A DNA stretch of 63,737 bases, counting the filler, from Octopus bimaculoides (taxonomy: Eukaryota), in assembly GCF_001194135.2 (NCBI RefSeq). It is 6 parts of 6 records of this genome, joined end to end, with 100 filler letters (N's around TTAATTAATTAA, not from the genome) between each part and the next. Parts side by side here need not be neighbours in the genome. Positions count along the whole stretch, not along the records: positions 1 to 3,657 come from NC_069001.1; positions 3,758 to 32,792 come from NC_068982.1; 4 more parts are not named here. One strand, given 5' to 3'. The notes beneath the pieces are model-generated. The model saw nothing but the letters and a program-made list of their open reading frames with translations. It had not been told where the DNA came from and searched no databases. Below, one piece after another: positions 1 through 12,399 of the stretch; the stretch's first letter is position 1; the number at the start of each line of letters is the position of its first letter. Position numbers and translations under genes: made by a program.

Positions 1-45
<45 letters not shown>

Positions 46-427
46 ACTCACACGCGCACATATATGCTGTAGAGAAAACATGCAGCTCCTACAATATCGG
101 GATTTTCAACTCAGCTGGGTCCCATTAACCTCCATGTGAAATCGTGCCCTTTCTATTATTGAATCAGCATGTTATCTTTTAAGGGTTTATTTCATGTATC
201 ATGTTGAGAGAATAACATACCCTTATTAACACCTCTCCCTATCTACCTGATTCACTGAGTGTGTGTACTGATTGACACAATACTTTTCAATAACATAGCC
301 AAGCTACTTGTTAGAAGCTGATTTCCTAGAAGTAGCAACCAAACTTCTCTTAAAACACTCTCTACAACGTTTAAATAGGAAGGACACCAACGGTAATTCA
401 ATGTCAGCAACTTTAAGGGAAGGGAGC

Positions 428-592
428 AAGTTGATTACATCGGTCTCCAGGGCACGAGTGGTACTTATTTTATCGATCTCGAAAGGATGAGCGGTAAAGT
501 GGACCTCGGCGGAACTTGAAATAAGAAAGAGTCGGAAATAATGCCGCTAAGCATTTAGTTCGACCCGCTAACGATTCTGCTAGCTTGCCAGC
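428..592 (-). mobile_element. Family A SINE, degenerate
   Basis: GGTACTTATTTTATCGA...GAAAGGATG...GACCTCGGCGGAA...GCTAAGCATTT. Confidence 0.7.
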
Positions 593-1450
593 TTGGGCCC
601 CTCAAATGATGAAGTTCTACTTACGTAACTTAAAGATGAAAGGATGGTGAAATCGACTGACCGGAAGTTAGATTGAAATATTTATACAGGGGTGAAAAAA
701 AAACAAATGAAAAAGTCAGTATGTGTAATTGAAATTATTTTGATAACCAGGGGAAACAATATCGGACAGATTTGGGGTTGGTTTTATTATGACCTCATCA
801 ATTGCATGACGAATATTGCCACAACAAGCACAACAACAATAACAGTAGCAATTACAATAACATGAAACCATCTAAAACCACCGCAACACAAGTGCTTGCT
901 TCAACAAAAATAGAAAATAACCACCAAAACCACCACAACCATCGCAACCGACACCAACATCATCATCAGCAAAACCATTAAAACCACTGCGACCACCATG
1001 ACCACCATGACCACTATAACCACCAAAACTACCGGAACTGCTGGCACCACTGACACCACANNNNNNNNNNNNNNNNNNNNNNNNNNNNNNNNNNNNNNNN
1101 NNNNNNNNNNNNNNNNNNNNNNNNNNNNNNNNNNNNNNNNNNNNNNNNNNNNNNNNNNNNNNNNNNNNNNNNNNNNNNNNNNNNNNNNNNNNNNNNNNNN
1201 NNNNNNNNNNNNNNNNNNNNNNNNNNNNNNNNNNNNNNNNNNNNNNNNNNNNNNNNNNNNNNNNNNNNNNNNNNNNNNNNNNNNNNNNNNNNNNNNNNNN
1301 NNNNNNNNNNNNNNNNNNNNNNNNNNNNNNNNNNNNNNNNNNNNNNNNNNNNNNNNNNNNNNNNNNNNNNNNNNNNNNNNNNNNNNNNNNNNNNNNNNNN
1401 NNNNNNNNNNNNNNNNNNNNNNNNNNNNNNNNNNNNNNNNNNNNNNNNNN

Positions 1451-1492
<42 letters not shown>

Positions 1493-2625
1493 CGCCACCT
1501 GCACTATTACCATTTTGAGCTATTAAAATTAATCACTATACTATAACAAGAACAGTAAAGCAATTAGAAGCACTACAACACCACTTCAGTTGATGTGGTG
1601 GTTGTGGTGGGGGGTGATAATACCGTCCATCAATCAAACCGCCCTTTCGTCTCTGACACCGCAACCACCACCACCACCACCAACAACATCATCATTCCTA
1701 TCCCTCACCATCGCTATCCCCATCACCACACCCCCTCCAGTACAATTAATAATCTGGAATGGTCAGTATGTCACTGTCATTCTACACCACACATACGTTC
1801 TCTCTTCCTTCCTAATATGTTTGTATATATATATGTATATATATATACTCACACACACATATACACACATCACATATACATACATACACATATACACACA
1901 TACATATATATATAATATACAAATGTGTATATGTATATACATGTGTGACACATCGTATATCACACACACATACTTATGTGTGTGTATATATATGTAATAT
2001 GTGTGTGCGTGTGTGCATATATATATGTGCGTGTGTGTATGTATATGTGATATGTGTGTGTCTGTGTCAGGGTGGGGGCTGCGCGCTCTTTTAAGTGTGT
2101 ATAATATATGTATATGCACTAAACACGAACTCGCACCAATCTGATTCCACCTAAATGTACCCACCACTTAACACTCTTCACACTTTCTACCTCCGTCTTC
2201 ACACCGTTCTGAGCCCTTTTGACCACACACTTCATACTTTCCCTCTTTCCTCATCTCTATGGAGAGTTGGACAGGCAGACAGACGGATAGATAGATATAT
2301 AGATGGATGCATGGATGCATAGATAGACAGAGAGATAGGTAAATAGATAAATAAATAGATAAACAGATAGATCGATAGACAGATAGATAGGTAAGTAGAC
2401 AGACAGGCAGAGAGTCAGACAGATAAACAAATAGACAGAGAGACAGACAGATAGACAAATAGACAGACAAATAGATAAATAGATAAATAGACAGACTAAT
2501 ATATATAAATTGCGCTTGACCTTCTGGCCGATAACTGATGAGAAGTTGATGACCTTGTGTTTTCTGTTCTCCTGTGTATTTAGTATATGTTCGTTTATTT
2601 ATTTACTACACGGTGTTTGAATATG

Positions 2626-2674
<49 letters not shown>

Positions 2675-2840
2675 AAATTTCCGTTTGCTGTCTTTTGATT
2701 TAATCCCGAAAATATTTATGTAACGCATGCACTCCTTAATTTTTTACCCGTTTGCAGAAATATTCTTCGAATATTTTTGTGCCACTCTTTCCTTTACTTT
2801 GCTTTTCTTTTAATTTCCGTTCTCTCTCTTCCTCTCTCTC

Positions 2841-2960
2841 TCTGTTTCTTCCCCTCTCTCTCTGTTTCTTCCTCTCTCTCTCTATTTCTTCCTCTCTCTC
2901 TCTGTTTCTTCCTCTCTCTCTCTGTTTCTTCGTCTCTCTCTCTGTTTCTTCGTCTCTCTC
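2841..2960. repeat. 20-bp pyrimidine minisatellite x6 (TCTGTTTCTTCCTCTCTCTC)
   Basis: Directly visible. Confidence 0.9.
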
Positions 2961-3571
2961 TTCGTCTCTCTCTTCGTCTCTCTCTTTCTTCCTCTCTCTC
3001 TTTCTTCCTCTCTTTCCCTCCTTGTTACCCATCCCCCACTATCACATGACCCGTGACGACCTAAGGCGGTGTCGTTCTTTTTCGCATTGCCTTGGACCGG
3101 ACCGGTTACGATTCTCTTTCCCCCTCTCTCTACCCCTCCCGTGTCTATAGTTCTTTAGAAGAGTTTTCATTTCTCCTTCGCGTTACCCACTTTTGTCTCT
3201 GTCTTGCAGCCTCAAGGCTTTTTCGTTTTGTTGTATAAGCATTATTACTTTTTTTATTATTAATTGTTGTCTTCGTCTGGCCCTACGCCTTTATTCTGTT
3301 TATTGTTTTGTCCTTCGTCCGTCCACTAACGGTCTCGTCTCGAGCCCGTCTCGTTTTGTTATGTTTTGTCATATTTTGGTCCCATTCCTGGCAAGTATCT
3401 TGCCAGTGCCACCAGAGTGGCAGCAATATTATCGATAATAGCCGAAATTGCGCTTGACTCTCGGGGCGATAATTGATGAGGAATTGGTGACCTTTTGTGC
3501 TTCCTGTCCGCCTGTGTATTTCGTATATGTTCGTTTGTTAATTTACTACACGATTTTTAAAATGATATATA

Positions 3572-3657
3572 TTGGATTGTCCGGGAAGTTCGTGCCGATT
3601 TTTAAAGGAAAGAAAAAGGTCAATAAATACTTGCCATTACATTTTTAATCAACCAAA
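3572..3657 (+). mobile_element. Mariner-like left end
   Basis: TA followed by TTGGATTGTCCGGGAAGTTCGTGCCGATTTT, resembling mariner TIRs; truncated by a gap. Confidence 0.45.
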
Positions 3658-3757
3658 NNNNNNNNNNNNNNNNNNNNNNNNNNNNNNNNNNNNNNNNNNN
3701 NTTAATTAATTAANNNNNNNNNNNNNNNNNNNNNNNNNNNNNNNNNNNNNNNNNNNN
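3658..3757. other. Assembly gap marker N44-TTAATTAATTAA-N44 (linker also at 32837, 41065, 43208 and 54613)
   Basis: An identical 12-mer with stop codons in all six frames, centred in N blocks (44+12+44 counted here); artificial. Confidence 0.95.
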
Positions 3758-4370
3758 TTTTAGAGGGGCAAAGTAATTTTGTATGTACTTTTAGTATCTG
3801 TCATTACAGTATCGAAATGTGATTTGATACTGAAATAGTTTTCTTTTTCTCCTTCCTTTATTTTTGTATTTGTTGTTGGATTTTCCTTAAAGGCTCATAA
3901 GAGAAAGTAAGAGTTGAAAGGATTTGTATTAGAAAGAGGAAATTAGATTTTATTAGGGAGAAAATGTTTACTTGTGTAGTTTTAAGGATTTTATTCGCTA
4001 TTAGGAATTTTTTGGAGTGAAAAAATGACGCAGTGACCTAACTTATTGTATTTAGAATATTAATTGCAATTGTTTAATCGAAGAAATTTGGAATTGTGTA
4101 AATGTATGAATTTTAAACATACACACACACAGAGAAAATCTGCCTTTTATAGTATAGATACGTTATTGTTATTTAAAGTGTTTTTAGTTATTCATATATT
4201 CCACGACTGTCATATTAGAAATCTTTTTGTTATGCGTGCCTACCTAGATACGTATCTACCTACGTAAGTATCTACCTGCCTGCCTGCCTGCTTGCCTGCC
4301 TGCCTGCCTACCTACATACATACCTACCTACCTACCTACCTATCTATCTATCTATCTACCTATTTATCTA

Positions 4371-4438
<68 letters not shown>

Positions 4439-6327
4439 AATGTATCTTCACATCTATCTATTTTTTCATCATTATAATATTTGCTATTCGTATACACTTA
4501 GTTCAATATTCTTAAATTTGTTCTATTACAGTTTTATTAGATGTGGCATAAAATGTTTATCAGAATACAGCTATGAAAGAAACGTTAAGTAGCTGCTGAA
4601 GGTGCAAAACGTATCAAACGAAGGGAATTAAAACACATTGCTTTTCTTGAAACTACCATGGATTTCAATTTTAAAACAACAGAGTTAAGTGTTATTGTAA
4701 ATATGTTAACATAGATTTTTGTCGGTAACATTATCCTAGAAGCAAAGTTTCTTCGACAGAATATTAGGTGGTCCTTAAATAAACGAGAACACCAGTCTAT
4801 ATTCTATTTCGATGACGCATTGTATCTATTTCGGTTACCTTGCTGCACACATACTGCAACGAAAACCATACTTTTAATAGCTACGATTTCTTTTCCACAT
4901 GGATAAACTGAGCTGGGCAGCTATTAATGAATATAACTGATTAGGCTGTGTTCATCTGTTATCTCAGTTAAATCTACTCCCTGAATACGAAAAAAAGAGG
5001 AAATGTTGCCGGTTCAAACACCTCTATAATTAAAACTAAATATAGCCTTGTAAATTGAAGAAATCAATTTTAAGTGCTTGTGTATGCGATCTAAAAATTA
5101 CATTATAAATGAAAATTTGTAAGATGGCAACAAATTTATTTTTCACACAATGCTAAAATTAACAAAAGAAAAAAATGGTAGTGTACTATGTATGGTTCAA
5201 TCACAGTTATATTCAGGTGCTTGAGTCAGAAGCACAAAAAGATTTGTTTTCACAAACAATAAATAATCTACGGATCCTTAATCTTCCAGCTTAAAAAAAA
5301 AACTCAAAATATGCACAAGATATTCTCAAAGTCAGTTAGTATTTACGTACGTTATAAAACGGATAGTGCTAAACCAGATATCACTAATAGCTATTAATGG
5401 TTATAAAGAGAGAAAAATAAAAGAAAGAAATAACAATAAAACAAAACTAAATGCCAGACATATTTTCTTTTTAAATCAATGATATATTTGAAGTTAAGTA
5501 TTTAAGTAATCGGCAATAAAGTAGAAAAAATAAACAAAGAAGCATAACTTTAGACGCTAAGATGTTTATGTAGATTTACTGTGAAAAGATGAAAAATTTC
5601 CTAAGAGAATTCTCTATTATACGAAAGTGAATGTCGATGTATGATTATTAATCTATTTACATATCACTGTTTGGTCTTCAAAAATATATTTGTTATTTTA
5701 TAATTTCCGTTGCAACAGATACTATGTTGAACGCTTATTGTGTTGCAGGATTGATTCAGCTGTACACTAACTTATTTTCTGAAGGAGATGCTATCACTCT
5801 AATCAGTATTTCACCGTTCTCAAACTATAGTTAAAAGATGATGAATCAGGGTTCTTCCTTGAAAATCCTAAAATAGATATTTCTTTTCAACGGCAACCCT
5901 ATGCAGCCATTTACAGTGAAACTTGATGAAATATGCATGTCTGTAGTAGATAAAATTACATGCATACTGGGTGGGAGCTGGTTTTACAGGCCGTTGTGAG
6001 TTGATGGGTTTCTATCAATTTAAACTAAGGTTGAATTTAAACTAAGGTTGAATCGTTCGAACTCTGTATAGGACATAGAGAGAGTTTGGCATGTTATTGT
6101 AGATGATATAGAAAATAACTCATAAATATCTTTTTACAATGTTTTTTGTAATATTTTATTTAGAATTTTTACTAAAAAAATCTTATATTTTGTACAGTAA
6201 ATATCAACTGGAAATCGATAATATGGAAAATAAAACACCTAATTGGATTGTCCTCACATATTTGAACATGTAATAACCTCTACCATAACACTATGATAAA
6301 TACAATATTTTGTGTGTGTGCAAATGT

Positions 6328-6370
<43 letters not shown>

Positions 6371-6377
6371 CACGGAC

Positions 6378-6764
6378 AGAAAATTTGGAGGATGGGATAA
6401 GTCCTTTACATAGACCCCAATGCACAACACCAAAAGGATGAAAGTCAAAGTTGACCTCGGCAGAATTTGAACTCAGAACGTAAAGAGAGACGAAATACTG
6501 CTAAGCATTTCGCCCGGCGTGCTAACGATTCTTATTTCTTTATTGCCCACAAGGGGCTACACACAGAGGGCACAAACAAGGATAGACAAACGGATTAAGT
6601 CGATTATATCGACCCCAGTGCGTAAATGGTACTTAATTTATCGACCTCGAAAGGATGAAAGGCAAAGCCGACTTCGGTGGAATTTGAACTCAGAACGTAG
6701 AGGCAGCCAAAATGCCGCTAAGCATTTCATCAGGGCGTGCTAACGTTTATGCCAGCTGGCCGCC
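6378..6764 (-). mobile_element. Two tandem family A SINEs (6378-6531 and 6532-6764)
   Basis: Same core and head as 40378-40610. Confidence 0.85.
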
Positions 6765-6912
6765 CTACGTATACACATATTACAATAAATAGAAGGGCAT
6801 AAAGCGTCTGCTGAATTCACCAGAGAAATTAAAAGTATATGCTGCCTTATATTTTTCTAATAACTCTTCTTCAGTGTTTTACGATGACGTTTTAACATTA
6901 AGTGCTATATGT

Positions 6913-7325
6913 AAGGCGTTGATCTGGCAGAATAGTCTGCATGCCGGGCAAGATACTTGGCGACAATTAGTTCATATTTATCTTCTGAGTTCAAATTCTG
7001 CCGGGGTCGACTTTGCCTTTCATCATTTTGGAGTCGATAAGATAAGCACTAGCTAAACGTTAGGATGGATGTAGTCAACTGGCTCCTTACCCGAAATTGC
7101 TAGTCCTCTGCCAAAATTCGAAACCAATATTCATTACTATATGCAAGGCGGTGAGCTTGCGGAATAGATAGCACTCCGGGCAAGATGCCTGACGGAATTT
7201 CGTCCATGTTTATTTTCTGAGTTCAAATTTCGCCGAGGTCAACTTCTTTATACTTTTGGGGTCGATAAAATGATACCAGTTGAGCACTGGGGTCGATGTA
7301 TTCGACCTTCTCCCTCCACCAAATG
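6913..7325 (+). mobile_element. Two family A SINEs (6913-7135 and 7146-7325)
   Basis: CTGAGTTCAAATT..GCCGxGGTCxACTT...GGGGTCGATAA cores. Confidence 0.8.
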
Positions 7326-7399
7326 ACCTTTATTATTATATCCATCCTTCCCTGTGTTCAATAAATTCACATAATATTTTCAACTACTAAGTACTTCCT

Positions 7400-9595
7400 C
7401 GTGTTCTGAGTTGTAAGTAGAAATGTCATTTTTGATGTGGAATGGTGCTTCTAACTGACTTTGTTTAATAAAGAATTATTCAATGTTTCTGGTATGACTT
7501 TAAAGTTTCGTCTTTTTTACTGTGCAACATTTTTGTTTCATTTTGATAGATGGTGTTTGTGTTTTGCATATATAATATAAGTTGTGTTGTGTTAAAATGT
7601 CGGGATATGTTTGTGTAGACTATTTGCTATATGAAATATATAGAATGTTATAAGCTCGATTATGTGGAATTTGTGTTCTGTTACAATATTGATAATAGCT
7701 GCAGAGAGTATGTGTTACATGGGGTTGTGTTATGATTATAATACATGAGTTATGCTGCTAAAATGAATTTGGCTTGTGCAAAGAGAGGACATCACTTCCT
7801 ATACTATTGTTGAATTATGCGTAAAATTGTAAGCCCCAGTAAAGTATTTACGTTTTATGCTCGCCTGTATTAGGATAAGTACTTTGGTAATTGTTTGTAG
7901 AGGTTTAATCTTTCATACTCAAGAGCCTGCTTATCTCTATTTCAATGCTCTCATAATTTGATAGTTATCGATACGTTTGAGGCTTTTGAGAATAATTTTG
8001 CTGTTTTGTTTATTAAATCACATAGGTTTTCATTTCTGTCTCTGACTATAATATCTATACTGCTCGCTTTTATCTCCTTGCCGCATTGTACAAGTACGAC
8101 CAAAATTATCATTCTCTACGATAAATGTTTTGCTTATGACATACTATAATGCTTTCAGTAAACCGAAGATTTTATATCAAAGTATCGACTTATTGAGCAA
8201 GATCATAACTATATGTTTTGTTATTTGTTAACTCTATTTCTATGTGGATTAGACTAAAAAAACGGTGTAGTTTGTTTTTACATATTGTACAGCTTTTCCA
8301 TTTATGTGAGGTATGTTTCTGTTCTTAGTATATAGCTTTTAAATTTTAGCATTTGAGACTAGACGTTTACACGCTGATGACTGATTTCCTTTCTGTCGGA
8401 TATTGCAGGATGTTGGCTACAGAGTGTTTGAGTGTATCCTTTTTTTCTTAAGTATACTTTGGAATTCCATTTTGATTTAATGTCCTTTGTTCAGCTGATA
8501 AATATTGTTTTCTGTTCTTCACCTAGTTGCTGCCCCTTGCAATCAATATGAAGTTATTCTTATTGCATTTATATGCACTTATAATTATTGATGGAGTCAG
8601 TCAGCAAATTTATTAGTGAATCGAGGAAAATCAATGCAGTAAAGAAGCAAGTATGCTATAATTGTAATATGGTGCTTTTTAATAAAATTTTCCCGCAAAG
8701 ATAGGAGTGCATTACTTACGTAACACTGCATTTTCATTATTCACATGCGGTTTATCATATATTTAAAGGTTTGGTACTTTTATCAAATGCAGTTTACACG
8801 ATAGTTGCCATGGTTAGTTGCACGATAGTTGCCATTACCAGCTTCTTAAATATCCAGCCCGTTTCGAAACTCCTTGTCTTCCAGTGGCATTACTTTCATT
8901 GCCATTCTGTGGAACCTTAAGTCAGTTAGAGTCTAATAATACAAGCTTTAGGTTTGTAATGCTCTAGGCATTGAAAAAAGATCAAATTTCCCTATGAAAT
9001 ACGAACTACTATTTGTAAATTCACAGCTTCATTCTTCAAGGAATTAATAAATATACAAGTGTTAACAGCTGCGTTTTATTATATCAAAAATTAAAATTGC
9101 TTCCGAAAACCCAAATCGTTTACTAAAAAGGATACACACATCTTTAAGTTGTGTGGCTAAGTTTCTCCGTAGTTACGTAGTTGTTGGAGCCTTTTTGTGT
9201 TGTTTTACATTTCTTGCACATCATTTTATCTTACGATTGATATGAATATTTTAATTCCAGGCTTTAATCTTTATTCATTTTGATATCTCAACTAGTGTTA
9301 TACTTTGTATGATATTTCTGTAAAAGTATTTGGTTATTTGGTGTCTGAAATATCTTAGTCTCATGAAATATTCGCAACCTTTACCTTTTTTATGCTACAT
9401 ATTCTTTAAGGGCACGGTCTCTTTAAGCCTTTTTTACTACTTCCAGTATAACTTTCTTTATCAATGTTATTTCTTCTTCTTCTTCTTCTTCTTCTTCTTC
9501 TTCTTCTTCTTCTTCTTCTTCTTCTTCTTCTTCTTCTTCTTCTTCTTCTTCTTCTTCTTCTTCTTCTTCTTCTTCTTCTTCTTCTTCTCTCCCCA

Positions 9596-9631
<36 letters not shown>

Positions 9632-11400
9632 GTTTTCCACTTTTCGTGGCTGTGGAGGACCTTCTTATATTGTGATAAGCTTACTTTCTCCGTAGACTAC
9701 TATGGCAAATGAACAAAATAGATTATACATAACCGATAGTTTTATTTGCTTCCACGAAAAGAATATCATGTAAGGTTTAGCTATATTTAAATATTTTTTT
9801 CATGAATCTGCTGTTATTTGTGCCTTGCGAAGACAAATGTTTGTCTTTTATCTTTGCTGATTCAATTTGTTACACTCAATCATATCTTCTGTGTGGTTTC
9901 TGGGTGAATGTGCTATGATATGCACTTTTACTGTATTTATCGTCATGTGTCGGCTTTATGACATTCTCCCTTTGAAAGTTACTTGATTTTTTTTCTCTGG
10001 TCTTTTATATTTACTTAAAGCCTTGTTCTTCATTGTGTAGGGAGATCTATACAACTTAGATTGTTTTTGCACTTCATTTACATTATGTGTCGGGTGCTAT
10101 GTTATTATTTTCATCCTGTTGTAGAGACGGATATGTTTTGTGCGTGATGAATTCTGGTACAATGCTCTCAGACTTTAGTTGGTGAAGTAATATATTTAAT
10201 GTTTGCGCTTTGAGTTGTTCCATTTCTTTCTCGGAAGTTTTTAATCGTGTATTATCAATGTGAACTGCTTATGATCGCTAATCTAAGTAGTTTACATCCC
10301 GGTATTTTCTTTTCCATAATTCTTATATCACTTCTAACGTGGTGTGTGTGCATGTGTATGTATGTGTATGTGTGTGTATCCGCGCACGCGTGTATTTGCT
10401 GGTTATGGCATGAATGTATAACATAAGATTTATTTTCACGAGTATATCCGTGTAAGTTTATGTTTTGTGGGAAACACTAGTACGAGCCCCTTTTGATGGC
10501 AATTAAAGTTTACAGAGAATATCACTCCCGATACGCTTTAACTACGAAGAATTATTGTTTTACACTAAAAGCAGAATCCATCGATTTTTATGGTCTGATG
10601 AATATTATTTTTATCAACTGGACATTTTTATTTGTTGTAAATAGCCTATGTACATTTTGTTTTATTGTTTCTGCTTGTACATTATTTAACCAATAGACTT
10701 CTTTTAAAATATTAATGACTTGTACATATTAGGGTATCTGTTTGTTATCCCTATCTCCATGGTTTGTAAATTTGGTGCTGAATTTAATATCTGTCATTGC
10801 ATTTACTTTTGCGTTTTCAAAGTCCTTCAATATTGTTATTCTGCTCGGGTTAGTCTATGTAACACTAATTGTTTCATGCAATCTTCTACATTAGAAGTAT
10901 CTCTTAATACCTGAGAAATGTGCTCTATTGTCGTGTCTGACAGGAATTGTGTTTATATGCTATATCTTTTTTTTTTCTTGGTTTTGTTGGAATGTTATTT
11001 TAGAGCCTTGTATATTAGTTTGGTACGTGTAATTTGTGCTTTGTGAGTATTGAATGAGTTTTCTTATCGTATTCAGTTGCGGTTATGTTGTAGTATTTGA
11101 TCTGTTGGTTGTGTCATATTATTAGGCAGTGAATGTGTAGAGCATCAGTGTTGTGAATTACTGGGGGTATGTGAAATGGAAGCCTATCACTAGTATCGAT
11201 TCCGTATTACTGTATTCTGTGCTATTTATTTGCATCACGTAGGATCTGTCGTGTGAGATTGTTAGAAACTGTCTATTGAGCTGAAAGTGCATTATTTAGG
11301 ATCTGGACTGCATTAAGCAGAACAATGCGAGTGCAATTGCAAACCACAGCAGAGCTTTTATTTTTTCATGCTTTTATGTCTGTAACATTAGAAAATACTC
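7400..11400 (-). mobile_element. Ancient APE-RT LINE fossil
   Basis: Strong GT skew on the plus strand. Minus-strand motifs in the expected order: ILKDFENAKV (GDFNA-like, about 10810), IGYL...SSDH (10650-10590), IFKK...GNYR (about 8850-8800), MRQGD (about 8075). Heavily decayed; clade not assigned. Confidence 0.55.
9470..9630. repeat. (TTC)n followed by (TTA)n microsatellite
   Basis: Directly visible. Representative of many (CA)n, (TA)n, (GA)n, (ATAG)n, (ATAC)n and trinucleotide tracts across the window. Confidence 0.95.
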
Positions 11401-12399
11401 CAATTATATTTGCTTTTGTTTCTAATTTCATATACCCTGTCTTGTTAATTTGTATTTTATTATCATTTTATTTATAGTTTCTCAAACTTTTCAGTGTGAT
11501 GTTTTTTCTTAGAAGTACAGAATGTCCCTCGCAATCATATCTGGAAGGTTTGGTTTGATATTCTTGTCAGCCAGCCTCGGCTAATGTATCGCAGGATTTT
11601 CTTTGTTACCCACTTTGATATTAGGTTATACCGCACTTACATTCTCAGGCCGAAGGTTGCACAATCTTCGTCCTTTATGTTAAATTCTTGCAGATTATTG
11701 AACAAACCACGATACTATTTTCTCTCCACTATTTCGTTAATGTATTTCGGAACCTTTATTTTCTTAATTTTGTTTTCATTCTGTGTAGTTTGTTTTCTAA
11801 TCTTTTGTCCGTGTCCTGCAATTAGCTACTAATTTCTGATTTGCTTGCTAGATTGTAATTTACCATCTAATTTGTATTTATAATATTATTACTACAATAA
11901 TGTTGTCAAGAAATAATAAATATATGAAAAATGATAACAATGAAATGTAAATCCATAGAATGCTGCACAGATAAACTCGAAATCTTATAAACATCGAGTC
12001 TAGATTGAATATTGTTACAATGCTATTGTTGGAAGATCATTAAGACGAAATTCTGTCAAAACCAAAATTAAAATCAGAAAGATTATTTAAAAACAATAAT
12101 TTTAAAAATCTGTTTACAATTTCAATGATGTTAGTGTTTTTAAAAAAGAGCAGTAAATTTTCCACAGGGATGTGGAGACTTATCAAAGTATTTTACAGCT
12201 ATTGTGATAAAATATTTCAATTAGTTGCATAGCTAGCCCTGTCCCATTGATTATATTTGAGTCTTTTCAAGTATCTTATCAATTTTATAATTTTTCTATT
12301 AAGCCTACGCCATACAAGATTCTCAATAGGTGTATAAAAAAGAACTTTTGTTGTCCATCTCATTTGCAAGTACTGCTACTGATGAGATTGACCCGATGT

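Noticed and set aside
3440-3495. GAAA...TGATGA arrangement suggesting a type II hammerhead
   Set aside because: No stem I and only a 2-bp stem II.
3702-3713. TTAATTAATTAA palindrome recurring five times
   Set aside because: It always sits inside an N block; an artificial all-frame-stop scaffolding linker.
4500-6200. Non-repetitive AT-rich stretch, possibly a decayed TE or exons
   Set aside because: No recognisable motif or consistent splice-bounded ORF.
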